Shown: positions 7,984 to 17,444 of the stretch, in pieces
Layout of the letters: the number at the start of each line of letters is the position of its first letter
How positions within the stretch are numbered: position 1 is the stretch's first letter
Assembly: GCF_000189295.2 (NCBI RefSeq)
Contig: NC_016803.1
Location: 1,230,001 to 1,262,000 of the forward strand
Length of the DNA stretch: 32,000 nucleotides
Reading direction: 5' to 3'
DNA from: Pseudodesulfovibrio mercurii
GTDB lineage: Bacteria > Desulfobacterota > Desulfovibrionia > Desulfovibrionales > Desulfovibrionaceae
Notes under the pieces: model-generated
What the model was told of the DNA's origin: nothing
Databases searched by the model: none
The model's input: only the letters and a program-made list of their open reading frames with translations
Made by a program: the position numbers and the translations under genes

Positions 7984-10900
7984 TCAGGCCTCTTCCCGCC
8001 CGGTCCCCTTCCGCTCCATGGGGATGACGAACATGAGCAGGGCCGGGATGACGAACACGGTGAAGACCGTGGACAGGGCCAGGCCGCCCAGGACCACCGC
8101 GCCCAGGCCGCGATAGAGCTCCGAGCCGGGGCCGGGGGCCACGGCCAGGGGGAGCATGCCGAAGACCGATGTGGTCGCGGACATGTAGATGGGCCGCAGC
8201 CGGGTGCGGGTGGCGTCGAGCACGGCCTCCTTGTAGTCCATGCCCCGCTCGCGCACGTTGCCCAGGGACTGGTGGACGATGAGGATGGCGTTGTTCACGA
8301 CCACGCCGATGAGGATGACGAACCCGAGCATGGTCAGGATGTCCAGGGCCTGCGGGGCGATGAGCAGGTTTTCGAGCCTGAGCCCCAGGAAGCCTCCCGC
8401 GCCGGCCAGGGGCACGGTGAACATGATGATCAGCGGATAGATGAAGTTCTCGAACAGGGCGGACATGAGCAGGTAGGTGATGATCAGGGCCAGGATGAAG
8501 TTCCACTTGAGGGCGTCGCGGGTCACGGTCAGCTTGTCGGCCGCGCCGGACAGACGCACGGTCACGCCGTGCATGAGCCCGGCCTGCGTCACCTTGGGCA
8601 GGAGCTGCTGTTCAATGACCTCCATGGCGGACTGGAGCGGCATGTCCACGGGCGGAGTGACCTGGAGGGTGATGGTCCGCCTGCGCTCCAGGTGACGGAT
8701 CTGGGTCACGCCGTAGGTGTTCTCCATGGAGGACAGGGAGGACAGGGGCACGGCCCACCCCTTGGGGGTGGCCACCAGCTGGGAATACAGCTCCTCGGGC
8801 GTGGCCGCGTCCTTGGCCGAGGCCTTGAGGACCAGGTCGATCTTCTTCTTGCCCTCCTCCTTGAAGTCGCCCACGTTGCGGCCGTCCATGATCACGTCCA
8901 GCGCGGTGCCCAGGTCCTCGGAGGACAGCCCCACGGCCTTGAGCCGGTCGCGGTACGGGTGGAAGCGGACCTCGGGATAGAGCAGCTCCAGGGACGGGAT
9001 GGGCCGGATCTGGGCGCCGTGGATGGCCTGCATGGTCATGCCGAACATGGTCCCGGCCGCGGCCACCAACTGGTTCAGGTCGTCGCCCGAGAAGTCCACG
9101 TTGATGACCCTGCCCTCGCCCAGTCCCTGCTCGAAGATGGAGGCCTGGAGGGACACGCCGAACATGCCGGGGATGGAGCCGATGATGCGCATGAAGCCAG
9201 GGATGAGCGCCGCGCCGTGCTGCTCCTGGGTGGAGATGGCCCCGAACAGGTTGATGGTCGGCGCGGACACGTAGAAGAGGTCCTGCACGCCGGGCGCGCC
9301 GTCCACCTCCTTGCGGAAGTTGGGCTCCACCTGGTCGAAGATGTACTTGCCGATGTCGTCGCGCTCCTCAAAGGACAGGCCCGGCGGCGGGATGAGGATG
9401 TTCAGGATCAGATTGCGGTTGCCCTGGGGCAGATACTCCATCTTGGGGAACATGGTCACGACCATGACCACGGACGCGGCGGTCAGGGTGAAGACCGTGA
9501 GCAGGCGGCTCTTCCAGTTGTCGATGGCCAGGGCGAGAAGCCGGATGATCCCGTCGGCCAGCCTGCCGCCCAGGGCGGTCAGGGGCTTGAGCACCCGCTT
9601 GGCCAGTGAAAGCCCGGCCGGGGAGCGCGGACCGTCGGTCCCTTCCCTACGGCGCTTCTTGTTGTCCGCGATGCGGTAGAACTGGTTGGCCAGCATGGGA
9701 ATGACCAGGATGGACACGAACATGGACAGGGCGATGGCGCAGGTCACGGCGATGGCGATGTCCTTGAACAGCTGCCCGGCCTCCTGCTCCATGAAGACCA
9801 CGGGCAGGAACACGGCCACGGTGGTCAGGGTGGAGGCCAGGACCGCGCCCCAGACCTCGCTGGCCCCGTCATAGGCCGCGTGGAACGGGCTCTTGCCCAT
9901 GCGCCGATGGCGGTCCACATTTTCCAGGACCACGATGGCGTTGTCCACGAGCATGCCCACGGCAAAGGAGATGCCCGCCATGGAGACAATGTTCAGGGAC
10001 CGCCCGGCGGCCGCGAACATGATGAACGCGCCCACGATGGACACCGGGATGGACACGGCCACGATGATGGTCGAGCTGACCGACTGGAGAAAGACGAACA
10101 GGACCACGATGGCCAGGATGGAGCCGATGAGGATGTTGCGCTTGACCAGGTCGATGGCCCCGTTGATGTAGGGGCGCTGGTCGTAGATCCAGTTGAAGCG
10201 CACGCCCTGCTCGGCCAGTGGGCCGTCGTTGAGGTCCTCGATGACCTTGTAGACCCGGTCGGTCATGGTCAGGACGTTGATGCCCGGCTCGGGCCGGATG
10301 CCCACGACCATGCCGGTCTTGCCGTTGTGGCGCATGGCCACCGTGGGCTTCTCGTTGCCGCGCTCCACCGTGGCCACATCGCCCAGGGTGACGCGGTACT
10401 GGCCGGACGAGGAGATGACCACGGACTCGATGTCCTCCGGGGTCTTGAACTCGGCGGGGGTGCGGATGCGGTAGTCGCGGCGGCCCACGCCGAGGGTGCC
10501 CGCGGACACGGACACGTTCTCGCTCCTGAGCACGTTGATCAGCTCGGTGGCGGTCAGGTTGTAGGAGGCCAGCTTCACGGGATCGACGATGATGTCCATC
10601 TCGTCCTCGCGGCCGCCGCCCACAAACAGGTCGGCCACGCCTTCCACGCGCTCGATGTACTGGCGGACGTCGTTCTCGAAAAAGGTCTGGTAGGTGGTCA
10701 CGTCCCGGTCGTTGCCGGGCAGGGTCTCCATGGTCAGCCAGATGACCGGAGAGGTGGACGCGCCCGTGGCCGAGATGATCGGCCGATCCACGTCGTCGGG
10801 GTATTCCGGCACCTCGTCGAGCTTGTTGGACACGCGCAGCAGCGCCTTGTCGATCTCGGTGCCGATCTCGAACTTGAGGGTCAGCTCGGAGCGGGCGTTG

Positions 10901-11154
10901 TAGTTGGAGCTCTCCATCTGGATCAGGCCGGGGATGCCCTTGAGGACCTTTTCCTGCTCCTCGATGACGTCGCGCTCCATCTCGTAGGGCGTGGCCCCGG
11001 TCCAGGTGGTGGTCACGGTGATGACCGGCTCGGTGACGTTGGGGGAAAGCTGATACGGCAGCCCCATGAGGGCGACCACGCCGAACATGACGACGAGGAT
11101 GACGCCCACCAGGACGGCCACCGGCTTGCGAATGGAGGTTCCGACGATATCCAT
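7984..11154 (-). CDS. Efflux RND transporter permease subunit (AcrB/HAE family)
   Basis: ORF 7984..11154, 1056 aa. Twelve-TM/two-large-loop RND organisation and typical AcrB-like N-terminus (IRKPVAVLVGVILVVMFG). Confidence 0.95.
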   Translation of the reverse strand: MDIVGTSIRKPVAVLVGVILVVMFGVVALMGLPYQLSPNVTEPVITVTTTWTGATPYEMERDVIEEQEKVLKGIPGLIQMESSNYNARSELTLKFEIGTEIDKALLRVSNKLDEVPEYPDDVDRPIISATGASTSPVIWLTMETLPGNDRDVTTYQTFFENDVRQYIERVEGVADLFVGGGREDEMDIIVDPVKLASYNLTATELINVLRSENVSVSAGTLGVGRRDYRIRTPAEFKTPEDIESVVISSSGQYRVTLGDVATVERGNEKPTVAMRHNGKTGMVVGIRPEPGINVLTMTDRVYKVIEDLNDGPLAEQGVRFNWIYDQRPYINGAIDLVKRNILIGSILAIVVLFVFLQSVSSTIIVAVSIPVSIVGAFIMFAAAGRSLNIVSMAGISFAVGMLVDNAIVVLENVDRHRRMGKSPFHAAYDGASEVWGAVLASTLTTVAVFLPVVFMEQEAGQLFKDIAIAVTCAIALSMFVSILVIPMLANQFYRIADNKKRRREGTDGPRSPAGLSLAKRVLKPLTALGGRLADGIIRLLALAIDNWKSRLLTVFTLTAASVVMVVTMFPKMEYLPQGNRNLILNILIPPPGLSFEERDDIGKYIFDQVEPNFRKEVDGAPGVQDLFYVSAPTINLFGAISTQEQHGAALIPGFMRIIGSIPGMFGVSLQASIFEQGLGEGRVINVDFSGDDLNQLVAAAGTMFGMTMQAIHGAQIRPIPSLELLYPEVRFHPYRDRLKAVGLSSEDLGTALDVIMDGRNVGDFKEEGKKKIDLVLKASAKDAATPEELYSQLVATPKGWAVPLSSLSSMENTYGVTQIRHLERRRTITLQVTPPVDMPLQSAMEVIEQQLLPKVTQAGLMHGVTVRLSGAADKLTVTRDALKWNFILALIITYLLMSALFENFIYPLIIMFTVPLAGAGGFLGLRLENLLIAPQALDILTMLGFVILIGVVVNNAILIVHQSLGNVRERGMDYKEAVLDATRTRLRPIYMSATTSVFGMLPLAVAPGPGSELYRGLGAVVLGGLALSTVFTVFVIPALLMFVIPMERKGTGREEA

Positions 11155-11164
11155 CGTGGACCCC

Positions 11165-12232
11165 CTACGGCTGTTTCACGGGTTGCGCGGCCACGGGCTG
11201 CTGCGGCTGAAGCCGCTCGTTGCCCTTGACCACAACGTCCATGCCCTCCTGCAGGGTCTTGGACTTGACGCCCGCCTCCAGCCCCCGGTAGCCGACCACG
11301 AACACGGGCATGGGCACGGCCTTGCCGTCGGCCACGACCCAGACGACCACCTGGCCGCGGGTCGAGATGATCGCGTCGCGGGGCACGATCATGGTCTTGC
11401 CGCCCAGCCCCTTGGGCAGGACCACGCGCGCCTCCATGCCCTCGGCCAGGGAGCCGTCGTTGTGGACGCGGATCTTGACCGGGAAGGTGCGGGTGGCCAC
11501 GTCGCCCTTGGGGATGACCGCGAAGACCGCGCCGGGCAGTTCCTTGCCCGCCACCTTGACGGTCACCTCAAGACCGGGGCTGACCACGCCGAAAGCCTCG
11601 CGCGGGGCGTTGACGACCACGTCGAAGTCCTCGTCCCGGGCCATGACCGTGACCACGGAGCCCACGGAGACCCAGTCGCCGCGAAAGACCTTGCGCTCCA
11701 GGACCACGCCGTCATAGGGGGCGCGGATGGTCTTCTTGCCGCGCTCGGTGAGCAGCCGGTTGAGGATGGCTTTCGCCGCGATCATCTTCTTTTCGGAGGA
11801 CAGGGCGGCCAGCCGCTTGGAATCGTACTCGCCCTCGGCCACGGTGCGGCTCTGAAACAGCTTGGTGGTCCGTTCGTTCTCGCGCTTGGCCAGCTCGAAG
11901 TCGGCCTGGGCCTGGTCCACGAGGGCGCGGGCGTTGGCGATGCTGCTGTCCAGGATGTCCGAGGACAGGGTCAACAGGGGCGCGTCCCGCTTGACCCGCT
12001 GGCCGTCCTCCACGTCCAGGGACACGACCTTGCCCTCGACCTCGGCGGCCACGTTGGATATCTCGGAAAAATAGGCCGTGCCGATGAACTCGGTCTCCGG
12101 GGCCATGTCCCCGCTGGTGACCTTGGCCGTGACCACGGGGGACGGCGGCCGCTCGCCCCCCTGAGCGAAGGCCGTGGCGGCCAGCAGGACCGCCAGACAA
12201 AAGACTGCCGCACTCTCCAGGACTCTCACCAT
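11165..12232 (-). CDS. Efflux RND periplasmic adaptor (membrane fusion protein)
   Basis: Part of ORF 11165..12898, trimmed to ATG 12232 (MVRVLESAAVFCLAVLLAATAFA signal peptide). Has HlyD/AcrA-like lipoyl and beta-barrel segments (IRAPYDGVV, TVMARD). Ends 10 nt before the RND gene. Confidence 0.9.
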   Translation of the reverse strand: MVRVLESAAVFCLAVLLAATAFAQGGERPPSPVVTAKVTSGDMAPETEFIGTAYFSEISNVAAEVEGKVVSLDVEDGQRVKRDAPLLTLSSDILDSSIANARALVDQAQADFELAKRENERTTKLFQSRTVAEGEYDSKRLAALSSEKKMIAAKAILNRLLTERGKKTIRAPYDGVVLERKVFRGDWVSVGSVVTVMARDEDFDVVVNAPREAFGVVSPGLEVTVKVAGKELPGAVFAVIPKGDVATRTFPVKIRVHNDGSLAEGMEARVVLPKGLGGKTMIVPRDAIISTRGQVVVWVVADGKAVPMPVFVVGYRGLEAGVKSKTLQEGMDVVVKGNERLQPQQPVAAQPVKQP

Positions 12233-12744
12233 CACGCTCCCTTTTTTCCTATGTTTTTCCAAGGCTTGAAGACGGATATGAAAACCGTGGCCAGCAGGAT
12301 GGCCACCTGGACCAGTCCCCAGATGAAGTTCATCCTTTCGTTGTACAGGTAGGCGGCGTCGCCCAGGGCGCCGATGCCGAGGGCGCCCGAAATGTCCATC
12401 ATGGCCCGCTCCCACGGCCCGAGGCAGACCGTGCCGAAAACGATGGCCGAGACCGTGACCACCCACTTGAGGATGACCCAGCCGTGCTTGAGGAATCCGA
12501 ATCCGGTGAACAGGGAATAGGCCAGCCCGGTGAGCAGGCAGCCGAAGGCGCCGGGGATGACGACCACAAAGGTGTCCACGTGGTGGATGGCCTGGTTCAT
12601 GCCGTAGAGCACGCCCCCGTCCGTCACGCCCGGCTTGAGGAAATAGAGCAGGATCAGGGCCACGCCGCCGCCGACCCAGCAGGCCGCCGCGCAGATGTGC
12701 AGCCCCTTCAGCCACTTTTGTCCCGTGGTCCCGAGTTTCATCAT
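12232..12744 (-). CDS. Hypothetical integral membrane protein (~4 TM, 170 aa)
   Basis: ORF 12232..12813 trimmed to ATG 12744 (MMKLGTTGQKWLKGLH). Its start overlaps the marR stop (ATGA) and its stop overlaps the adaptor start (TGATG). Four hydrophobic segments. Confidence 0.65.
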   Translation of the reverse strand: MMKLGTTGQKWLKGLHICAAACWVGGGVALILLYFLKPGVTDGGVLYGMNQAIHHVDTFVVVIPGAFGCLLTGLAYSLFTGFGFLKHGWVILKWVVTVSAIVFGTVCLGPWERAMMDISGALGIGALGDAAYLYNERMNFIWGLVQVAILLATVFISVFKPWKNIGKKGA

Positions 12745-13247
12745 GAGCCGTCCTTGAGGCAACAGGTTGCGTCCAGGTGGGGTTCGATGATCTGCCACAG
12801 GACCCGTTTGCACACCGCGAACTCCTCGGGGTCCAGGTGCCTGGTGATCGCCGTCCGGCTCTCCAGGACGATCTCCAGGGTGAAGTCCACCAGCTCACGA
12901 CCCTTGTCCGTGATGTAGATGTACTTCACCCGCCGGTCCTCGTCCCCGGATTCGCGGCGCAGCAGCCCCTGCTTTTCCAGAGCCGCCACCAGCCGGCTGA
13001 CCCCGGTCTTCTCCTGGGAGAGCATGTCGCACAGCTTTCCCTGGGTCAGGCCGTCGGCCTTGTACGCCGGCAACAAGGCCCGCCATTGCTCCACCGTGAC
13101 CTTGACCCCGGCTTCGGCGAAGCGGGCGGCAAGGTCGTTGGCGAAGATGCGGGCCACCTTCCATGCAAGGAAGCCGATGGACTCCCTCGGATTCAATCGT
13201 TCGAGAAACATGGCGATTGTTGTATCTGCAACAAACACATGCGTCAA
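12741..13247 (-). CDS. MarR family transcriptional regulator
   Basis: ORF 12741..13247. Winged-helix pattern (LTQGKLCDMLSQEKTGVSRLVAALEKQGLLRRE...DRRVKYIYITDKG). The alternative start ATG 13211 (MFLERL) is equally plausible. Confidence 0.85.
   Translation of the reverse strand: MTHVFVADTTIAMFLERLNPRESIGFLAWKVARIFANDLAARFAEAGVKVTVEQWRALLPAYKADGLTQGKLCDMLSQEKTGVSRLVAALEKQGLLRRESGDEDRRVKYIYITDKGRELVDFTLEIVLESRTAITRHLDPEEFAVCKRVLWQIIEPHLDATCCLKDGS
13217..13234. promoter_or_regulatory. Candidate MarR operator (inverted repeat)
   Basis: TTGTTG-N6-CAACAA in the marR / helicase divergent region. A 6+6 repeat is not statistically significant on its own; only its position is suggestive. Confidence 0.3.
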
Positions 13248-13306
13248 CCCATTTTGGGCGGGTACACGGGTTGCAATAATAGGAGGATGCCTATACTGTT
13301 CACCCC

Positions 13307-16300
13307 ATGGAAAGATTCACCGCCGACCTGCACATCCACTCCCGTTTTTCGCGCGCCACCAGCAAGAACCTGACCATCCGGAACCTGGCCGCCTGGGGAC
13401 GCATGAAGGGACTTTCGGTGCTGGGCACGGGCGACTTCACCCACCCCGAATGGCTGGCCGAAATCGAGGAGCAGCTGGAGGACAACGGCAAGGGTCTGTT
13501 CGTCCTCAGGGAGCCCGACGGGCTGGAAAAGGAGATCCCGGAGTTCGAGGGGGAGATCCCCGGCCGGACCCGGTTCATGCTCGAAACGGAGATCAGTTCC
13601 ATCTACAAGCGCGGCGGCAAGGTCCGCAAGGTCCACAATCTGGTCTACATGCCCAACCTCGACGCGGTGAGAAGGTTCAACGAGAAGCTCGCCCAGGTGG
13701 GCAACCTGGCCTCGGACGGCCGCCCCATCCTCGGCCTGGACTCCCGCGACCTCCTGGACATGGTCCTGGAGACCCACCCCCAGGCCTTCCTGGTCCCGGC
13801 GCACATCTGGACCCCGTGGTTCTCCCTGTTCGGCTCCAAGTCCGGCTTCGACTCCATCCGCGAGTGCTTCGGCGACTATGCCGAGGAGATCTTCGCCATG
13901 GAGACCGGGCTGTCCTCCGACCCCGAGATGAACTGGACCTGGTCCGAGCTGGACCGCATCCGGCTGATCTCCAACTCCGACGCCCACTCCGGCGAAAAGC
14001 TCGGCCGCGAGGCCAACCTGTTCCGGGGCGAAATTTCCTACGAGGGCATCTACCGTGCCCTGCGCGGCGAGGGGCTGGGCCACAAATTTCTCGGCACCGT
14101 GGAGTTCTTCCCCGAGGAAGGCAAATACCACATGGACGGCCACCGCAAGTGCGGCGTGGTCATGGACCCCCACGAGACCATCGCCCGGGACGGCATCTGC
14201 CCGGTCTGCGGCAAGCCCGTGACCGTGGGCGTGTACAACCGCATCCTGGAGCTGGCCGACCGCGAAGAGCCGGTCCAGCCCTCGGGCGCGCCCGGCTTTG
14301 TCTCGCTCATCCCGCTCAAGGAAATCCTGTCGGAGGTTCTCGGCGTGGGCGCGGGGTCCAAGAAGGTCAACCACCTGTACATGAAGCTCATCCTCGAGTT
14401 CGGCAACGAGCTGGACATCCTCCAGCGGGTGCCCGCCGAGGACCTGAGCCGCTTTTCCTGCCACCTGGCCGAGGGCCTGACCCGCATGCGCGACGGCCAG
14501 GTCATCCGCAAGGCCGGGTTCGACGGCGAGTACGGGGTCATCTCGGTCTTCTCCGAGAAGGAGCGCGCCCAGATCAAGAACGGGGCCACCCTGATCCACA
14601 TCCCCCGGCCCGAGACCCGGCCCGATCCCGGCCTGACCGCGCCCTGCCGCGTGGTCTCCCGGCCCAAGGTCGAGGCCGTGCCCCTGGCCTACAACGACGC
14701 CCAGCAGGCGGCCATCGACGCCGGTCCCGGCCCGGTGCTCGTCCTGGCGGGCCCCGGCACGGGCAAGACCCAGACCCTCATGGGCAGGGTGGAGCGGCTC
14801 ATGGACGAGGGGGTCAACCCCAAGCGCATCCTGGCCCTGACCTTCACCCGGCGGGCGGCCCAGGAGTTGCGCGACAGGCTGCGCGCCCTGCGCGGCGAGA
14901 ACGCGGACATGCCCCAGGCCGGGACCCTCCATTCCCTGTGCTTCGACTACTGGAAGCACGCCTACTCCGAGACGCCCATCGTGGTCCCCGAGATCGCGGC
15001 CAAGAAGCTCTTCGCCGAGGTCAATCCCGAGTTCGCGGGCAAGAACCTGGACCACTACTGGACCAAGTACATCCTGGCCCGCGAGCAGCTGACCGAGCTG
15101 CCCGCCGACCTGGCCGACGCCCATATCAACTACGGCAACCAGAAGAACCACTGGGACCTGGTGGACTACACGGACCTTTTGGAATTCATGCTCGAACAGT
15201 CCGGCGCGCCGACCTTCCACATGCCCTACGCCCACGTGCTGGTGGACGAGGTCCAGGACCTCACCCCCCTGCAACTGGCCGTGGTCCGGGGCATCGCCGG
15301 TGCGTCCGGCGAAGGGCTGTTCTGCATCGGCGACCCCAAGCAGTCCATCTACGGGTTCCGGGGGGCCGTGAGCGACGTCCAGACGCACCTGAACGGGCTC
15401 TGGCCGAACATGGAGCAGGTCACCCTGACCGACAACTACCGCTCGGGCCAGGTCATCCTGGACGGGGCGGGCAATCTTTTCCCGGACTCCCCGCGCCTGA
15501 TCGCACGCAGGGACGTGGACGCGACCATGCACCTGTTCGAGGCCCCGGACGCCATGCGCGAAGCCACCTGGATCAGCGACAAGATCAAGGGGCTCATCGG
15601 GGCCACCAGCCACTCCATCGTGGACAGCGAGGGGGCGGGCGATCTGGCGCCGGGCGACATCGCGGTGCTGGTCCGCTTCAAGGCGCTCATCCCGGTCTAC
15701 GAGAAGGCCCTCAAGCGGGCGGGCGTGCCGGTCTCCACCCCGGAGCTGGAAGGGTTCTGGCAGGAGCCGCGCGTGGCCGCCATCCTCAAGGCCGCCGAGC
15801 ATTTTCTGGGCATGACCCTGTCCGGCGTGGAGGACACCATCGAGATCCCGGACCACATCCTGGCCAAGGGCCCGGTGGGGCTGGCCGCCTTTCTCAGCGA
15901 GACCCCGCCGTTCGACCAGTTCTTCTGGGAAAGCCGCCAGTTCAAGGAACTCAAGAAGGAGTTCGACCGACGCGGCGGCTGGCAGGGACTGGTCAACTGG
16001 GTGTCCCTCCAGACCGAGCTGGAGCTGGTCCGCAAGACCGCCGAGAAGGTCCAGATCATGACCCTGCACGCGTCCAAGGGGCTGGAATTCGAGGCCGTGT
16101 TCCTGCCCGCCTGCGAAGAGGGCATCCTGCCCTTCGCGGGCATGGACCTGCTCACCGCCAAGGTCACCCTGACCCCGGGCCGGGGCCAGCGGTTCTTCGA
16201 GGAGCGTCGGCTGATGTTCGTGGGCATGACCAGGGCCCGGCGCAACCTCTATCTCAGCCACGCCGGCCAGCGGCAGCTCTTCGGCAAGACCCTGATCCTG

Positions 16301-16405
16301 CCGAGGTCGCGCTACCTGCGGGAAATCCCCGAGAACCTCCTGACCCGATCCACACTGGCCGCGCGCAAGGTGACCAAGGAAAAACAGCTCGGCCTGCTCG
16401 ACTAG
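13307..16405 (+). CDS. Fusion protein: N-terminal PHP-type endonuclease Q-like domain plus C-terminal UvrD/Rep superfamily 1 helicase
   Basis: ORF 13307..16405, 1032 aa. N-terminus: ADLHIHSRFSRATS, GTGDFTHPEW, NSDAHS and the zinc-ribbon-like CPVCGKPVTVGVYNRI. C-terminus: helicase motifs AGPGTGKT, VLVDEVQD, DNYRSG, TLHASKGLEFEAVF, VGMTRAR. Confidence 0.85.
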   Translation: MERFTADLHIHSRFSRATSKNLTIRNLAAWGRMKGLSVLGTGDFTHPEWLAEIEEQLEDNGKGLFVLREPDGLEKEIPEFEGEIPGRTRFMLETEISSIYKRGGKVRKVHNLVYMPNLDAVRRFNEKLAQVGNLASDGRPILGLDSRDLLDMVLETHPQAFLVPAHIWTPWFSLFGSKSGFDSIRECFGDYAEEIFAMETGLSSDPEMNWTWSELDRIRLISNSDAHSGEKLGREANLFRGEISYEGIYRALRGEGLGHKFLGTVEFFPEEGKYHMDGHRKCGVVMDPHETIARDGICPVCGKPVTVGVYNRILELADREEPVQPSGAPGFVSLIPLKEILSEVLGVGAGSKKVNHLYMKLILEFGNELDILQRVPAEDLSRFSCHLAEGLTRMRDGQVIRKAGFDGEYGVISVFSEKERAQIKNGATLIHIPRPETRPDPGLTAPCRVVSRPKVEAVPLAYNDAQQAAIDAGPGPVLVLAGPGTGKTQTLMGRVERLMDEGVNPKRILALTFTRRAAQELRDRLRALRGENADMPQAGTLHSLCFDYWKHAYSETPIVVPEIAAKKLFAEVNPEFAGKNLDHYWTKYILAREQLTELPADLADAHINYGNQKNHWDLVDYTDLLEFMLEQSGAPTFHMPYAHVLVDEVQDLTPLQLAVVRGIAGASGEGLFCIGDPKQSIYGFRGAVSDVQTHLNGLWPNMEQVTLTDNYRSGQVILDGAGNLFPDSPRLIARRDVDATMHLFEAPDAMREATWISDKIKGLIGATSHSIVDSEGAGDLAPGDIAVLVRFKALIPVYEKALKRAGVPVSTPELEGFWQEPRVAAILKAAEHFLGMTLSGVEDTIEIPDHILAKGPVGLAAFLSETPPFDQFFWESRQFKELKKEFDRRGGWQGLVNWVSLQTELELVRKTAEKVQIMTLHASKGLEFEAVFLPACEEGILPFAGMDLLTAKVTLTPGRGQRFFEERRLMFVGMTRARRNLYLSHAGQRQLFGKTLILPRSRYLREIPENLLTRSTLAARKVTKEKQLGLLD

Positions 16406-16545
16406 AGCAGGAGGCGGTACAGCCCGCGCTCGTAGACCCAGCAAACGTTGCGGGCCGCGGCGCGCGGCAGGCCGAGGCGGCGCAACCGGCAGAAGACATG
16501 CAGGGGGTTGAACCTGTGTTGGCAATATTCGCGAAACGTGGTCAT
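16402..16545 (-). CDS. Possible small protein (47 aa), unknown function
   Basis: ORF 16402..16620 trimmed to ATG 16545, with GAGG 8 nt upstream (MTTFREYCQHRFNPLHVFCRLRRLGLPRAAARNVCWVYERGLYRLLL). Its 3' end overlaps the helicase stop by 4 nt. It could be spurious. Confidence 0.35.
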   Translation of the reverse strand: MTTFREYCQHRFNPLHVFCRLRRLGLPRAAARNVCWVYERGLYRLLL

Positions 16546-16595
16546 ATGCGAAACCTCGGCAAATCGTTCATCGTCCAAATAATCCAGCAATAACC

Positions 16596-17444
16596 ATGCC
16601 CCGAAATCCCAAGTCAACAAAACCGGCGGGTTCCCCGCCCGCCCCCGGACCAGACCGGCAAAAACATGCCGGTTCCGACACCCTGTCCGTGCGCCAGGTG
16701 GAGGAAAAATGGGGCGTGCGCTTCCCCTTCCCCCTGGCCGCTCCCTCGTCCGTGCTACGCGCGGGCCTGGCCGAGAACAGCGTGTTCCTGGCCGACTATT
16801 TCCCGGAAATCGCCATCCTCTTCTTCGAGACCGAGGCCTGCCTGGCCTACACCGAGGAGGACATGCCCCCGAGCCTGGCCGACCTGCCCTGCACCTGGCA
16901 CGTGCACATGCCGCTGGACCTGCCGTGGCAGGCCGGGTTCGAGACCGTGTGGCGAAAGATCGACGGGCTGGTGGACAAGCTCGCCCCGGTCTCGCCCCGG
17001 GTCTACGTGCTCCATCCGCCGACCGCGCCGGACATGCTCCTGCCCCTGGCCGACCGGCTGCGCGACAAGGGCGTGGACCCGGCCCGCTTCCTGATCGAGA
17101 ACGTGGGCCAGTGCAACCTGACCCGGGTCTGGGACGAGGTGGTCGAGGGCGGCTACTCGGCCTGCCTGGACATCGGCCACATCCAGGCCTACGGCCAGCG
17201 CGACATCCTGCAACTGCCCGGCCTGTGGGACCGGGTGCGTATGCTCCACATCTACGGGGCCGAACGGGACATGCGCCACTGGCCCCTGCGCGAGCTGGAC
17301 CCCGTGGGCCAGGTCCTGCTGCGGGCCATGCTCGACCGGGCGTCGGACTTCACCGTGACCATCGAACTCTTTCGCAAGGAGGAGCTGTTCGACTCCCTGG
17401 ACCTCCTGGGCCGATGGTTTGCCGACTGGAGCGAAAAAAAATGA
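16596..17444 (+). CDS. TIM-barrel (xylose isomerase-like / AP endonuclease 2 fold) protein, possibly cobamide-remodelling phosphodiesterase CbiR
   Basis: ORF 16596..17444. Its stop overlaps the cobU start (ATGA). The CbiR call rests on my recollection of this family and its cobU linkage, not on a diagnostic motif. Confidence 0.55.
   Translation: MPRNPKSTKPAGSPPAPGPDRQKHAGSDTLSVRQVEEKWGVRFPFPLAAPSSVLRAGLAENSVFLADYFPEIAILFFETEACLAYTEEDMPPSLADLPCTWHVHMPLDLPWQAGFETVWRKIDGLVDKLAPVSPRVYVLHPPTAPDMLLPLADRLRDKGVDPARFLIENVGQCNLTRVWDEVVEGGYSACLDIGHIQAYGQRDILQLPGLWDRVRMLHIYGAERDMRHWPLRELDPVGQVLLRAMLDRASDFTVTIELFRKEELFDSLDLLGRWFADWSEKK

Noticed and set aside
12919-16593. Very long ORFs (1224 aa on the plus strand, and 1093 aa on the minus strand at 13244-16525) overlapping the helicase gene
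   Set aside because: Their translations are Arg/Pro/Gly/Ala-rich low-complexity sequence typical of off-frame and antisense shadow ORFs in GC-rich DNA. The 13307-16405 frame carries real nuclease and helicase motifs.
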